A DNA stretch of 64,000 nt, taken from positions 39,496,001 to 39,560,000 of the forward strand of contig NC_087436.1 in NCBI RefSeq assembly GCF_036321535.1, given 5' to 3'. The translations under genes and the position numbers were made by a program. The stretch is from Camelus dromedarius. Lineage: Eukaryota. The notes beneath the pieces are model-generated. The model searched no databases, was not told the origin of the DNA, and saw only the letters and a list, made by a program, of their open reading frames with translations. Position 1 is the stretch's first letter. Each line of letters starts with the position of its first letter. Below, piece by piece: positions 24,990 through 38,523 of the stretch.

Positions 24990-25430
24990 AAGTTGACAAA
25001 ACAGTTATATTAGGTGTACAACATAATGATCTCATACTATTGTGAAATGATCATCATAGTAAGTCTAGTTAACCTCCATCCTCATACATAGTTACATTTT
25101 TTTTCTTAGGAGAACTTTTAAGATTTACGTTTTTAGCAGTTTTCAAATATGCAATACAGAATTATTAACTATAGCCACTATGTTGTACGCTGTATCCCCA
25201 GGACTTATTTATTTTATAACTGGCATATTGTACTATGAGTTTATTGGTTGTCTTGTTTCTCATTTTAGAGGAAGAGTTTTCAGCTTTCCACCATTAAGTA
25301 TGATGTGAGCTGTGGGCTTGATATACATACATGGTATTCATTATGTTGAGGTACATTTCCTCTATACCCGCTTTGTTGAGAAGTTTTTTTTTTTTATCAT
25401 TAGTGGATGTTGAATTTTCATCTGTTTTCA
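24990..25430 (-). mobile_element. L1 fragments
   Basis: taggtgtacaacataatgat…tattaactatagccactatgttgtac, followed by gttttcagctttccaccattaagtatgatg. Confidence 0.75.
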
Positions 25431-25744
25431 TCTGTCAGAATCCTACTCAGCTTTAAATACTTTGCATTTTTAAATATCTCTTGTTCTATGAAACTTTTCA
25501 TTACACCAACTGAATTTGATTTCTCCCTTTTTGTGACACTATACTACTTAACCAGCATTTTTCTTGTGGTACTTTATCATATTATAAACTCCTCGTGGTG
25601 AGGACTGCGTCTAACGCTTATTTGAGGTGCCTAACTAAGCAGGGTGACTCACATTAAATGGGCACTAAATTACACTGTCAAATGCTTTGAGGTACTCAGT
25701 ATGTTTTTCAGTAATTGAGTAAGTTTTATATTTATTTTCAAAAG

Positions 25745-26410
25745 ACGGTTCTTTCCTGGAGGTGGAGTTTAATCCCTCTTCCCTCCCCCAACATTGTCTT
25801 GCATATGGGCTGTGCTTAGTTACTTGCTTTCAAAGGGTAGGGTAAGGCAAGAGGGGAAAGCATAACTTTCCATTGGAGAAATCTTGCAAGCACTACCTGG
25901 GCTGGGTAAGAAATACCAGCGTGAGTGGTAAGTCGTGTTGATAGTGTGTACCCCGATAAGATGCGGTGAGAAGAGTGCTTCACCTCCTTCTGTGTTATTC
26001 TTCCTCAAAGCCCTAACCCCAGTCTAACGATGAGAAAAAATCAGACAAAATCAAACTGATGGACGCTCTACAAATTTCCTAACCTGTCCGGAAAACTGTC
26101 ATGGTCATGAAAAACAAAAGTCTGTGAAACTGCCACAGCATAGGAGATGAGACGTAATGACTGCATGTGATGTGGTATCCTGGCTGTATCCTCAGGCAGA
26201 AAAAGGACTTTAATGAAAAACTAGAGAAATCTGAATAAAGTGTGGAATTTAGTTAACAGCAGTGTGCCAGTGTTGGTTTGTTAGTTGTGACAGAGGTACA
26301 TGATATTGTAAGATGTTAACAATAGGGGAAATTGGAAGAGGGATGTGTGGGAACTCCCTGTTCCATTTTTGCGACTTTTCTGTAAATCTAAAACTATTTA
26401 AAAGTAAAAC
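25745..26410 (+). mobile_element. Old L1MC/MD-type 3'UTR
   Basis: cagtctaacgatgagaaaaaatcagacaaa…gaaatctgaataaagtgtgg…ttttctgtaaatctaaaactatt. Confidence 0.7.
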
Positions 26411-27319
26411 TTAATAAAAGCAATCGTACCTTTACAGTCTATTATGTTTTCATTTTAAGAAGTGGTGCTTTAATGATGATTTCTGTCTGTTAGTGTGAAA
26501 TTTGTGGCTGTGACGGCCATATTTCTAAGTTTGGAGGAATTTGAGATCATACCTAATGAATTTAACCACTGTTTAAGCCAAATCTTGAAGGCTTAGAATA
26601 ATGTAGTAATAGAAGAAGTATAAATTGTAAATAAAGGTTTAAGTATTTTCAAGGTAGAATGTGAGGTGAAGCTGTTAGACTGATAAAATGATGGACAGTA
26701 TTTCATTTGTGCATTTGATACATAACTGAAACAGTTTGTTCTTAAAAACTCATTCTTCAAACTCTGCTACTTCTCCTTACTCTATTTCCTTTTTTCTTGT
26801 AGGGTTTTAGTATAGACTCGATGGTAATCATCAGGGAAACAAAATTTACATAACTGCACATCTCTCATGTGACTATTGAGATAAGTGGGAGGATATATGA
26901 TCAGGAAATGTCCTGTGGGCTTATTTTCATCTTAAAATACTTAGGGTACTTAAACTTGCAGTTGGTGTGTACTAGCAATGTGATAACCACTGCTGAGAAA
27001 ATTGTAATAAAAGTGTAGTGTTTAGGTGAGAGGAGATAAGAAGTTCTCCCCTATCTGTACTAGAATATTCTTTTCAGTTCTGAACACTTTTTTCAGTTTA
27101 ACATTTACAAGACTCTAGCAAATGTTTGTTGAGCAGACATGACCCTTGCCTCAATACTACAATGGAATCAAGTCACTTACAGTCAGTTATATCAGAGTTT
27201 TTCCAAATTATTCAAAGCTCAAAACCTTGGAGTTATTTTTGATTTCTTCAATCCTTCACTTCCAATTTTTAGTGTGTTTCTTTATTATTCAGTGTATTTA
27301 TTATCGACTGCTATGTATC

Positions 27320-27770
27320 AAATTAGCTTAAGGCATGGTGGATTAAGACAGTAAGGGTTTATCATCTTATATAATTTCTGCAGACTGGAATCCAAGAGCA
27401 GTTTAGTGCTCTCTGTGTATCTCATTAGGTTGCAGTCAGGAGGCTCACTGGGGCCGTAGGATCCTCTTCCAAGGTGGCTGGCTCACGATCTTGGCAAGTT
27501 AAGTAGTTGTTAGACTCCAACTCCTCATCCTGTGGGTCTCCATAGGACTGCTTGAGCATCTTCAAGTTACAGCAGCTGGTTTTCCCCAAAGTGAGTGATC
27601 CAAGAAACAAAGGCCCAATGTTTTTTTAATAACCTAGACTGAGAAGTTATACGCCATCACTTGTTAGAAGTGAGTTACTAATTTCGGCTCACAAAAAAGG
27701 AAGGGAAATTATGCTTCATCTCTTAAAGAGGGGAATGTAAATATTTGTTGAAACAAGTTAAAACTGCCTC
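27320..27770 (-). mobile_element. MaLR LTR fragment (MLT1 family)
   Basis: ttccaaggtggctggctcac…gggtctccataggactgcttgagcatc…gaagtgagttactaa. Confidence 0.65.
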
Positions 27771-28816
27771 AATCAAAATGGGTGAGGTTGTGTTGCAGTT
27801 ACAAACTTCCTTCTTCCTACCTGCTCATTAAGACATTTCAGTTTTTATTTATTTTTTTACAGGAATCTTTCTTCTAGAACATCAGTGATTAGTCTCTTCC
27901 TTTTCTTGTCGTCTTTGATATTTATTCTTAGTGCCTTATGTTTTTAAAATTGTTCATCAGTAAATATTTAATGAATTCTTACTATATGCCAGGCCCTGTT
28001 CTTGGTGCTGGGACAAGAGCAGTAAACAAAACAGACAAAATGTTTTACTCACAGTGCTTGTGTTTTCATGGCAGAAAACAGACATAGTGAGTATTAGAGT
28101 TCTATCAGAGGAGCAGAACTGCTGGCCGAAGGTCAAATCACATTGTCAATTGGAGGAAGCAGGAAAATCGGCAACTGCAAGGATGAACTGGGATCCATGA
28201 GAATGGACTGGAATCTGCGTTGGTTTCTCCCTGGTTCCAAGGGTTCAACTTTGACTGTGGAGGTGATCTGCAGGAGGAGCCAGTCCTTTGTCATAGACCC
28301 AAGTGTTGCTGAAGTTTAAAGAGAAGACCTGGCAGGCGTTGAAGAAGGTCTGGGCCTGGCTGTCACCCCACACCTACAAGATGAGCTGGCAGAATAGGTG
28401 ACAGTTTGCATGATCTGCAGTATTGCCTTGTGCCCACTGATCTTGGTATAAAAAGTATAAGAATGCTGTTCCACTTCCACCTTCCAAATCTCAGGCAAAA
28501 TGTCTCTGTGGCCCATGCTATCCTGGAACTACTCAGGAGAAAGTGGAAATGTAGTCCTGCTTATCTAAGTTGACAAAATAAAAATTAACCACAGTAAATA
28601 AATTGTATGGTATGTTAAAGTCAGTAAATGCTGTGGAGAAAAATAAGGTAGGGGATGAGAAGTGCCTGGGGGGTAGAAACTGTAATTTTAAAAAGAGTGC
28701 CCAGGAACGGTCTCACTGAGAAGGTGACATTGAAGAAGATGAGGAAGTGAAACATACTGGTATCTGGAAGAAGAATATTCTAAGCAACCACTGCTTCCTG
28801 ACTGCACCAAACCTGG

Positions 28817-29337
28817 TGTGGTAGACAGCCTTTTACAAGGCTCCTAGTGTTCCTCCCCTAAGTTACTCCCTCCCTTATGCAATCCCCTTCCTTTGAGTGG
28901 CAAAGTGATGAGACGTCACTTCTGGGATTAGGTTTAAGAGACTGACTAGTGTCTTGCTACCATTCTTTCTCTTGCCTTTTGGGCTTGCTTGCTTTGACGA
29001 ACCAAGCTGCTATACTGGAGAGGCCTATGTGGCAAGGGACAGAGAGTGGCCTCTGGCCAGCATCCAGTAAGGAACTGAGGCTGTCAGACCAACAGCCTGT
29101 GAGGAACTGAATCCTGTCAACAACCAGGTAAGCAAGCTTGGAAGTGAATCTTTAACAAGCCAAGCTGTGAGATGACTACAGACCGAGGTGCTGATTGCAG
29201 TCTTGAGAAACGCTCAAGCAGAGAATCCAGCTAAGCCATACCTGGGTTCCTGACCGACAGAAAGTGTGTGAGATAAGGTTGTTTTAAGCCAGTACGTTTG
29301 GGGATCATTTTTATTCAGCAAGCAGTAACTCATATAC
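28817..29337 (+). mobile_element. MaLR solo LTR (MLT1E/F-like)
   Basis: tgtggtagacag…ggagaggcctatgtggcaaggga…gaggaactgaatcctgtcaacaacc…ttttaagccagtacgtttggg…taactcatatac. Confidence 0.8.
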
Positions 29338-29339
29338 TT

Positions 29340-30830
29340 GGTACAGTCAAGGAACAAAAGTGAGATCAGTTTGGCTGGAGTGGGGTAAGCAAGTAGGAAG
29401 TGAAGTTAGAAAGGTAATAGGCTACCTAGGGCCTTATAAGTCATTGTACAGTTTTTAGATTTCATTTTGTTTGTTTGAGTAAGCTTGGTAGCCATTGGTG
29501 ACTTTTGAGTAAAAGAATGTTATGATATGACTTTGGATTTGCATGTTCTTTCAAAGGCCTACTGAGAAGAGAGAATAGTGGTGGGAATAGGATTGGAGCA
29601 GGTAGATTATTTAAGCTAGTGCAGTAATACAGATGAGAGAATGGTGTTGGCTTGGTACCAGTGGAGAAAATAAATGATTCAATTCTGGGTATATTTTTAT
29701 GGTACAGCTGACAGTATTTGGTGACAGATTAGATATAGGATGTAAGAGAAAGGGAAATAGGGTGTGAGGAAAATGGCTTCACGATTTTTTGATTATTTGC
29801 TGAGAGGGAGATGACTGTGGGAGTAGGAGTTTTGTGGGGAGGCGTACTCAAGAACATAGCTTTGTACCTATTAAGTTTGATATGTCTTTTAGACATCCAA
29901 GTAGAGCTGTTAAGTAGGGAGTTGGTTATATGAGTATGGAGTTCTGGGGAGAGGTCTGGGCTGGAGAGACAAATATGGGAGCTGTCATGGTGGCACTTAA
30001 AGCCATGAGGTAGGATTCTAATGCCAAGAGACAAAGTATAGATTGAAAATAAGACCCAGTCCTTGGGCCTGTCAACATCTACCAAGAAAAATATCAGGAA
30101 CCAGCCAGGGAGGTTGAGAAGTGAGGCAAGGATGAAAGCCAGTGGAGTGCTGTGTCCTGAAAGTCAGGAAGAAAGGTTTTCAAATAAGAGGGCGAGATGA
30201 ACTGTTCATGGTACAAGTAAGATGGTTGTTGAGAAATGACTATTGGATTTGCAGTGTGGAGGTCATTTGGGACCTTGTTTAGAACTGTTTCAGAGAAAAT
30301 GGAAGGAGAAGTGTCGGTGGCAATGGATTTGGATAACTCATTTGAGGTATTATAAAGGGGAAGAAAAATGGGGCAGTATCTCAGAGGGCTGTGGGATGAA
30401 GTGTGGATTATTTTTTAAGCATGGCAACATGTGAAGCATGTTTGTATTCTGATGGGAAAAATCTGGTAGAAATGAAGGAAATTGATTATGTAGGAGAGAG
30501 TTGGTAAATTACTTGGTTGAGGAGGTGGGATTGTGTGCACAAAGTAGGAGTTAGCCTAAATGGTGGTTCAAGCAGTTCATCCACTGAAACAGGAGTGTCT
30601 GGGTAAATATATTGGTAAGTGGGTCATGTGGTATGAACTTTTGAATGTCTTTTCCATTAATTCCCCCTCCCCCTTTTTTCAGAGTAATAGAAAGCAAGGT
30701 CATCAAATGAAAGTGCAGCTGGGGGAGGAAGTGTGGATATTTCAGGAGAGAGGGGAAGGTGTAGTTAGGGGCTAGTGTGAATAGACTAGGAAGTGTAGTA
30801 GGATTCCTGGGCCACATTAGGGGCCCACTT
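29340..30830 (-). mobile_element. L2 LINE fragment
   Basis: GA-rich L2 text (tgtcttttagacatccaagtagag, ggagaggtctgggctggaga). Confidence 0.75.
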
Positions 30831-31163
30831 CAATACTTGTAATGAATTTAAATTCATTTAAATTAAAAATTAGCATGAGTATGTATTTCCTCCACACCAA
30901 GCTGTTACTGTTTTATAGTGTCTATAAAATAATATTTGTAAAATATTTAATGCGTTTATACTGGACATATTAAAATAAGTTGAAAATTGAATGATAACTA
31001 ACTAAAATTCTCTTTTTTTATTTTCCCCTGTAATATACTTTATAGATGTTTCGTGATGTCAGACATTTACTCTAGTACTCTAAATATTCACATCTGTATG
31101 GGTGAAAAGATAAACTTACGTTTATGTAAAAACTCAATGGAAACAAGCATCCAATTTTTATGA

Positions 31164-31181
31164 GGCCACTAGGTGGCGCTG
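31164..31181 (+). promoter_or_regulatory. Candidate CTCF binding site
   Basis: GGCCACTAGGTGGCGCTG closely fits the CTCF core CCAC[CT]AG[AG][GT]GGC[AG]C and retains a CpG in a very AT-rich stretch. Confidence 0.75.
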
Positions 31182-32544
31182 TTAACCTATTGTTTAGGTC
31201 TATTTAACCCAAGGTTTTAAATTAAATGCACTCATTTATTATTGTGCATGAATGTATAAATGAATGTGTGGATAATAACATGAAAATTTCAGCATATATA
31301 ATGGCTCTACCAACTTACCCTCTGGACTCCACTTTTATATAATAAATATCCAAAGTGAATATTGAAAACCTTATTCCACTAAAAAGGAACAACTTTCCTC
31401 AGATGCAGATTCTAAGAATGTAATTGAAATAGCACAGATCTTTTTTTTATGTGAACTCGATGTGCAGGTTTTTAAAGTACTAAATTAATCAAGTGAAAAT
31501 TTAATTCATTTTCTATTGTCTGAAGTGTTTAAGTTGATACATTTTTAATTTGGAGTGTATCAGAGTAGAAAGTGATTCTGTTGGAGAAATGACATATTTC
31601 TGCCCAGTCTACCAGAGGGCAAGGATGTAATTGTAATCATCTTACCTAAATAGTACTTGGTCCATGGTACACACTCAGTGAATGTTTGTTGAATGAGGAG
31701 ACTGGGATGATGAAAGTGAAAAAAAAATTTCTGGGAAATTATATATACAGTATTCAAAAGGAAAAATGAATTGCCTGTTGGTATATCAAAGCAAAGATGA
31801 CAAATTTTTTTTGGTTTTGATTTTACAGATCTTACCTCTGTATTTGCCAGAAGTTTTACATTGAGGATATTTTTTTTCTCTCCTGTGGGAATGTATTTCA
31901 AATTTTATAATGGAAATCATTTTATAGAGAAAATTTTATGACATTCTTTGGAACTGGTTTCTATTAGTCATTGTTTATAATTGAAATAGATCTTCACTCT
32001 CTTGAATCTCAGTATTAGAGGGTTGCATTCTTCATGAGACTGTAAGGACTATATTGATTAATTTCTGTTTGATCCTCAAAGAACTGGCAGGAGCTCTGAA
32101 AAATTTTAGCTTGAGCTGAATCTAGAAAACACCCTTTTTAAAAGAGTAACATTAAAGACTTCAGATGATATGTGAAAATACTCCAATTTACTATATAAGA
32201 TGTTTTAGTAGTTATTTTTTAATTCTGTCCAAGTAGATTTATAGAAAATCATGTGGAATTAAAACCAGAGAAATTTCTTTTATATTTCTTTAATGTAAAA
32301 CCCTTCTATTTGTATGATAATTTATATAAGTGTACAGTATGTCTTAGAAGTCAGAAGAGTCCTGAAAGAAATCCCTGGAATTCCGTACATTTGATAAAAG
32401 CAGTAAGAATTTTGGAATATTTCTCATTCTTTAGGGCACTGGACAGTAATGACTGAGAAGGCCTAAGAAGGAAAATATAAAGTGAGCAGACATTAAAGGG
32501 GCTCTGAAAAGAACAGTTACTTGTTATTACCTCCTTGAGGTAGT

Positions 32545-32950
32545 AAGTATAATAATAATGATAATGGTAATAGATAATGTTATTGAGTGGGCATGTGCTC
32601 ATTAACTCATTTTATCATCAAAACAGTTGTATAAGAATGTACTGTTATTATCTCCACTTAACAGATGAGTAAATTGAGGCACAGAGAAATAATATGATAA
32701 ACTGAAGGTTAGGCCTGGGATTTGAGTATAGTCTGACTGGCCCAGTGTCCACGTTCTTAACTGATATGTTTTGTCAAGGAGGAAGAACGATATTAAGTAT
32801 AAGATAAATATAAATCTGAGCTCAAATCTCAGATTTTGACATGACTTCTTGTGTGACTTGGGAAAGTTATCCTTCCCAAACCTGTTTCTTCATCTGTAAG
32901 CTTGCAATCTCCCTTTTAGTATTATTGTTAGGATCATTTATATGAGTAGT
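32545..32950. mobile_element. MIR SINE fragments (two, opposite orientation)
   Basis: acagatgagtaaattgaggcacagaga and tgtgtgacttgggaaagtta…cctgtttcttcatctgtaa. Confidence 0.7.
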
Positions 32951-33389
32951 CCAGAGCAGTCCAGTAAATGGAAAGCACCACTTAAGCACACATGATCACA
33001 ATCAGGAAGAACTAATGTACACAGTAAGAATGAGAATGGGATAGGAATGAATTTCTTATAATGCTTATATAAATGAACGCCACATGAGTAAAAGTAAAAG
33101 ACTAGAGCTTTTTTTTTGTCTTACATTTAAAAATTAATTTGCTGATTTTAATTCTTTATTAGGAATTCATTATTATCTAAAGTTTGAATTTGTTTCTTCT
33201 TATTTAAAAGAAAGACATAGCATTATTAAGTCTTTGTGTGGTTGGGGAAGTATATATATTTTAGTCAAATCTACTGATTTATAAAAAGTTATACTTTTTT
33301 CTAACACTTAACTATATGAAAATGTGCCATGTTAAATCTCACATCCTTTACCTTTTTTCCTTTGCCACTTATTTATTGCTAAATTAATT

Positions 33390-34130
33390 AATTAATTCAA
33401 CAAGTATCTATTGAGCACCTATTGTGTGTCAGAGACTAGACACATAAATGTGAGGATACATTGGTGAAAGAAAATAGACAAATACAGTTGCCTTCATGAA
33501 GCTTATTTGAGCAGAAGAAAACATGTAGTAAAATTAGTTAATTTTATAGTTATAAGATTATAGGTGCTATGGCAAAAAAAAAAATAGATCAAGGTAACAG
33601 GAATTGGGAGTATAAGGGAGGGGGGAAAGGTGAAATTTTATGTAAGGTTGTTGGTGTTGGCCTTTTTTGAAAGATGACATTTGAGCAAAGACCCAAATAC
33701 ATTTCAGGAGTTAGCCATGTGGACATTTGAGGGAATGTCAGCTCAAAGGCTCTAAGATAGTCAGTGAGGAAACCGTTGCATCTGTTGCAGAATGAGAGAG
33801 GGGAAAGGACAGGACCTGAGGTCACAAAGGCAACAATGTCGGATCACGTAAGACCTGGTACTCTGACAGAAAAGGAGAGCTATTGCAGGATTTTCAACAG
33901 AAGAGTGCTCTGACCTAATTTGTAACAAGATTATTTTGGGTGCTGAGCTGACAGTAGATTATAGAGCACAGGGATAGAGGCAAATATCCAAGATAAAGGG
34001 GATGTTAGCTCAGAGCAGGGTGGTGGCAGTGGAGCTGGTGAGAAGTGGCTGGTTTTAGATAGAAACTGAAGATAGAGCTGACGGGATTTCTTGACAGCTT
34101 GAATGTGGGGTGTGCTAGTCAGGAGAGTGA
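33390..34130 (-). mobile_element. L2 LINE 3' fragment
   Basis: aattcaacaagtatctattgagcacctattgtgtg…gatgacatttgagcaaagacc…ggtgagaagtgg. Confidence 0.75.
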
Positions 34131-35246
34131 CTATCCCAACATATTTACAGGTTTTGCCCCCACTCAAGGCAATATTATATAAGGGCATGACTCTTAGGGT
34201 GTGTCTGCCATAGGATGGAACAGGCCGTCTTGTAGGGAGATCAGAATCTGCAGATGTGCTGCAGACTCATGTCTAGTAAATGCCTCCCCCAGCTCTTCTT
34301 AACTGAGGCAGAGTCTGTCAATACTCTTGACCCTTGTCATTTGCTCTTTTTCCATGCGTCTCCATTGTTGCTAATTGAACCTGGGGTATAATGCTTGTAT
34401 AATGGGTATAAATTCCATGATCCACAACCTATGTAGAAATGTAGTTTCTTTAGTTTTTGCTAACTGTCTCCATTTAAGATATATTTCATCACTTTAGGGG
34501 TTTTAAATTCTGTTTTAGAAAAACCCAGTCAAATTCAGGATTCATCTCTCCCTTTCTTCTCAAGGTGGTCTTGGCAATGGACACGATGTTAGAGGGTGAC
34601 ACTTTGGCCTCAGCCATCATCCGTTTTCTGCTGGCATAGTATGAATCTCGTCAAGTGCAGTCTTAGGTAAGTGGGCTCTTCCCATGCCCTGCAGGCATCA
34701 GTCTCCAGGTCAGTAGGTGTCCTCTTGGTCCTAGCTACTGGGTCCCTTTGGATCTAAATTCTCAGAGGTTTCTACAGCTCCTATGGAGAATGGGGATTTT
34801 TATATGTTGTCCTGTGCCACTGTGGACACTGTGTAATCACTAGAAATACCATGTCCTGTTTCTACGATTTTGCTCCAATACCATTGATGGGCAGAACACA
34901 CAGATGAGATTGCTGCTTGTCTAACTTTTAGATGGAAAGTAGGGCACAGCTTTCTCTCCTCTTGGAGCCTCAGTCTTAAAGAAGATCTGTCAGCCTTTCA
35001 TTTTTAGGACTTGCTTTGGTGACAAGGCGGAGGGGCAAGGGGAGAAGAATCTCATACCCATGTCCCCCTCTCTTCTCCCTCCCTAGTATTCCTCCATCTC
35101 CAGCCAGGCAGCTTCTAGTCTGGGAGTGGAATGGGAAGGTGATAGGAGGTGTTGTCTGACTTTCCATCTGTTTTCTTTCTAGGTTATTTTTTATGGTTTA
35201 AGTTTTGGCTTTTGGTACTTAAATTACTTACAATTCCTATGCCCAC

Positions 35247-36720
35247 TAGTGGTTCTCACACTCTTTGGTCTCAGGAACCTTTACAATTTTAAAAAATTGT
35301 TGAGGACGCCAAATGGCTTTTGTTTATAAGGGTTGTATCTCTCAGTATTTACTATATTAGGAATGTAAATTGAGGAACTAAAAAAACATTAACTTGAAAG
35401 CAAGAAGAGCAAGCCCATAATAAGATCATAGTTTTGTTAAAAAATAACTGTTTTCCAAAACAAACAAACAAAATTAGTGAAAAGAGTGGCACTGTGTAAC
35501 GTATTTGCAAGTCTCTTTAATGTTTGGCTTCATAAAAGAAATCTGGATTCTGATATGTATTTTTGCATTCAGTCTATTTTGATATGTTGATTTTGCTGCG
35601 GTATATGAAGAAAATCTGACTTACCCAAGTACTTTTTGAGAAAGGGAAGGATATATAGCCTTTTCAGATAATTGTGGATATTTTTCTTTGATGCGACACT
35701 AAAACTTGACAAGTGGTATTTTCTTAAAGGATATTTGTAATGTGGAATCTGAAACCAAATCAATGAGCTTTTCATACTCTGCTACATTAAAAACTGTTAG
35801 TTTATCTTGCCCTAGGAATAGGTCTTCTACCATTGTAATGGTTGTGCCATGTATAATGATTTTTTAACCTCTTGCATTGGTTATTTGGAAAATACTGGTT
35901 TACGGAGTTGTGTAGATCTCCCAAATGTTGATACATTTCATTATTTACTATTAGAAAATCATTTTTGTTAATATCTCCATAAGTCTCATCAGAGAAAGTG
36001 TTTAAATAATAGTCTACCATTAAGCTCCGAGTAGCAGATACAAGTTATAATTTTCATTGAAAGCTCAGATTTTATCGGTGGCAATACCGTTAGTTGTTTT
36101 TCTTAAAGTGACAAGCTCACTGTTCAGTTTTTAAAAAAAATGTCTGCCAATTGCTCAAGTCTGAATAACCATATCTCCCTGTCAATCATTCTTTCAAGTA
36201 AAAATGATGTTCTTTGACTACAGTAGCTGTTTTTTTTTAAATTAAATAAATTGAATAAAAAAATAAAGTAGCTAGTTGAAGTTGCAACTCAAACAATTGC
36301 TCGGGTGCTTGTCTTTGAGACAGCTATGTACTTCAGTATGTAGTGGAGGTGCCCTAGGCATGTTTCATGTTTTGATGCAGAAAATATTAAAAAGACAGAT
36401 ACTCAAGGGTTGAAATTTATTAGTATTACTAATTCTTACTGCTTCATTAAGGGCATTCTTAAGTGAAGCTAACTTTGTAAATGAGTGTGTGTTGGTGGAG
36501 AATATAGTGATGATGAATGTAGACTGATGTTACTGACTTGATTTATGTTAAAGCACCAGCAGTTTTACCCATTACTGCTCTTGCAAGGTCAATGAAAATA
36601 TCAACACAATGACAAACGAATATGATAAATTGGTATTATTTTGAAAACAGTTTTGACCTTGCAGAGTCCCTAAAGAGGGCTTGGGCCTGCCAGGGGTCAG
36701 ACTAGATCTTTAGAACCATT
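35247..36720. mobile_element. Charlie1a-like hAT DNA transposon, near full length
   Basis: Left end tagtggttctcacactctttggtctcaggaacctttacaattttaaaaaattgttgaggac and right end caggggtc…tttagaaccatt form degenerate TIRs about 1.47 kb apart, with internal transposase-like remnants on the minus strand. Confidence 0.8.
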
Positions 36721-38499
36721 TCCCTACAGCACTAAGTAAGGCTAAGCACCACGAGAGCTCTTCCCTGTTAGTTCATCTCCTGGATAATGTCCAACATCTG
36801 ATGCTAATGTCAGCTGCTGGTTAGATCCGCCTCTGTGATCTTCCCATCCGATGGGATACTATTGGGGCTGCATATTTAGCCTTACTCTTTAATGATAGAT
36901 TATTGCTGTTGTAATAGAAGTACTACATGCACTGGGAAATAACAATTCAAATATTTCTTCTTGGTCTCGCACTCTAGCCCGAACTAGCAAAGATAACTAA
37001 CTCCCTTTTACCATTTTTGCTCATGTTGTGTTGATTCACCCATAATTCCAACCATTGTTGACCTTGATTTCTTAGTTTGTTATCTCTAAGCAGTATCTGT
37101 TGGCTCCCACATGAAGGAGGAGACATTTGGCTCCTTTGTATCATTGTTCCTCACTTACACTCCTGATTTTTGAGCATACATTTATATTTCTATTTTTGTT
37201 TCTAGTCCCTTTTGTTATGTTTGTGGCTTTGAATAATGTACTTAAATAGATTTCTGCTGAACTTACCATGGGCCAAAAGCAGACCAGAGTGTTTTCCAAA
37301 GGGAAGTGAGGGAGGAGAGGTTGAGTTCCTCAGACCCAGTTTCTGCTTCCAACTTTACCTCCTAGATAATTCATGGCTCCTGCCCTGTGGCAGAATGTGT
37401 GAGAGATAGGAAGAGTCAACTGTTACAATAACTGATGATAAAATTAAGCAAGGGGGAAAGCAGTTACCAGTGAGCACATTTGACTTCTTCTCTTGATGGA
37501 TGAGGAAATTGATGACCCCAAAGGAAAAATGAGCTACCCAATGTTATTTAGTTAAAAACAGAGTCCAATCTATCCTCTTTGCTATTCCAGTTGTACTGAG
37601 GACATCCCTGTAATTAACTGGGAATCGAAGCAACATGGTTTTATTAAGTTGATCATAGGTGGAAATGAGAATTTGTCAATATTGCATGTTCATAGCTTTT
37701 TATTATTTTAAAAATTAGAATCTTTAACTTTTTATAAGTTTGTCAATTTATTCATTTGTATGTGAAACAAATGCTATTTTTTGATAGTATGTTCTTTGTG
37801 GACTTTTTAAAGTATTGTTTGCTTTGAAAGACAGAAATTAAGTTCTGAAAAGATACACCACAGCCCTAGGAGTATATATAGCATTTTAAGTTTGCATTTC
37901 TGTTTAGAGTGGTTGAAACTGAAAGAAAATTCAGATGCAGAATTTTATTTACCAAATAGAGAAAAGAAGACCAGTCTTCTCTGGTCCAATTATATAAATT
38001 ATGCATAATATTTAAGAGCAAGATCTGGTTTCCATTTCAGTTATTGATTTGAAATAGAGCATTCTGGCATCAGAAATGCAGACAGCCGGCATTTCCTGAC
38101 TTAATTTATTCCCTCAGAACCAAGAAACAGCTTGATGTAGACAGTTTTATGTAAGATTTGTCACAGTTCCTGTGTGCTTTGGAAATGTTTCACTTTTCAT
38201 TCAGTTTATTTCAGTTTTCTGTATGCTAAAACGTGGGCAAATACATTCTTAACAATATCATGGAAGCTTTGTGGTGTGAGTATTTAATTTGTGAAATTTG
38301 CTTTGACTTCTGTGAAAGGGATTGCTGGGCAAATAAAATATTTGACCTGAATCTGGCAAGTGAATGTCTTTCTTAAACACATTTTGACACTGTTCATGAT
38401 TCTTCTTTCTCTAAAGAGGAGATGATGAAAATATAGCAGGTTCCATTTTCAGTGATTCATTAATCTTTGTATATATAACTTTTGGGACTATACTGAGAT

Positions 38500-38523
38500 T
38501 ATATATATATATATATATATATA
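38500..38523. repeat. (TA)n microsatellite
   Basis: About 12 uninterrupted TA units. Confidence 0.9.

Noticed and set aside
30841..30858. 18-bp palindrome aatgaatttaaattcatt
   Set aside because: Low-complexity AT sequence at the edge of an L2 fragment; likely chance or a local duplication.
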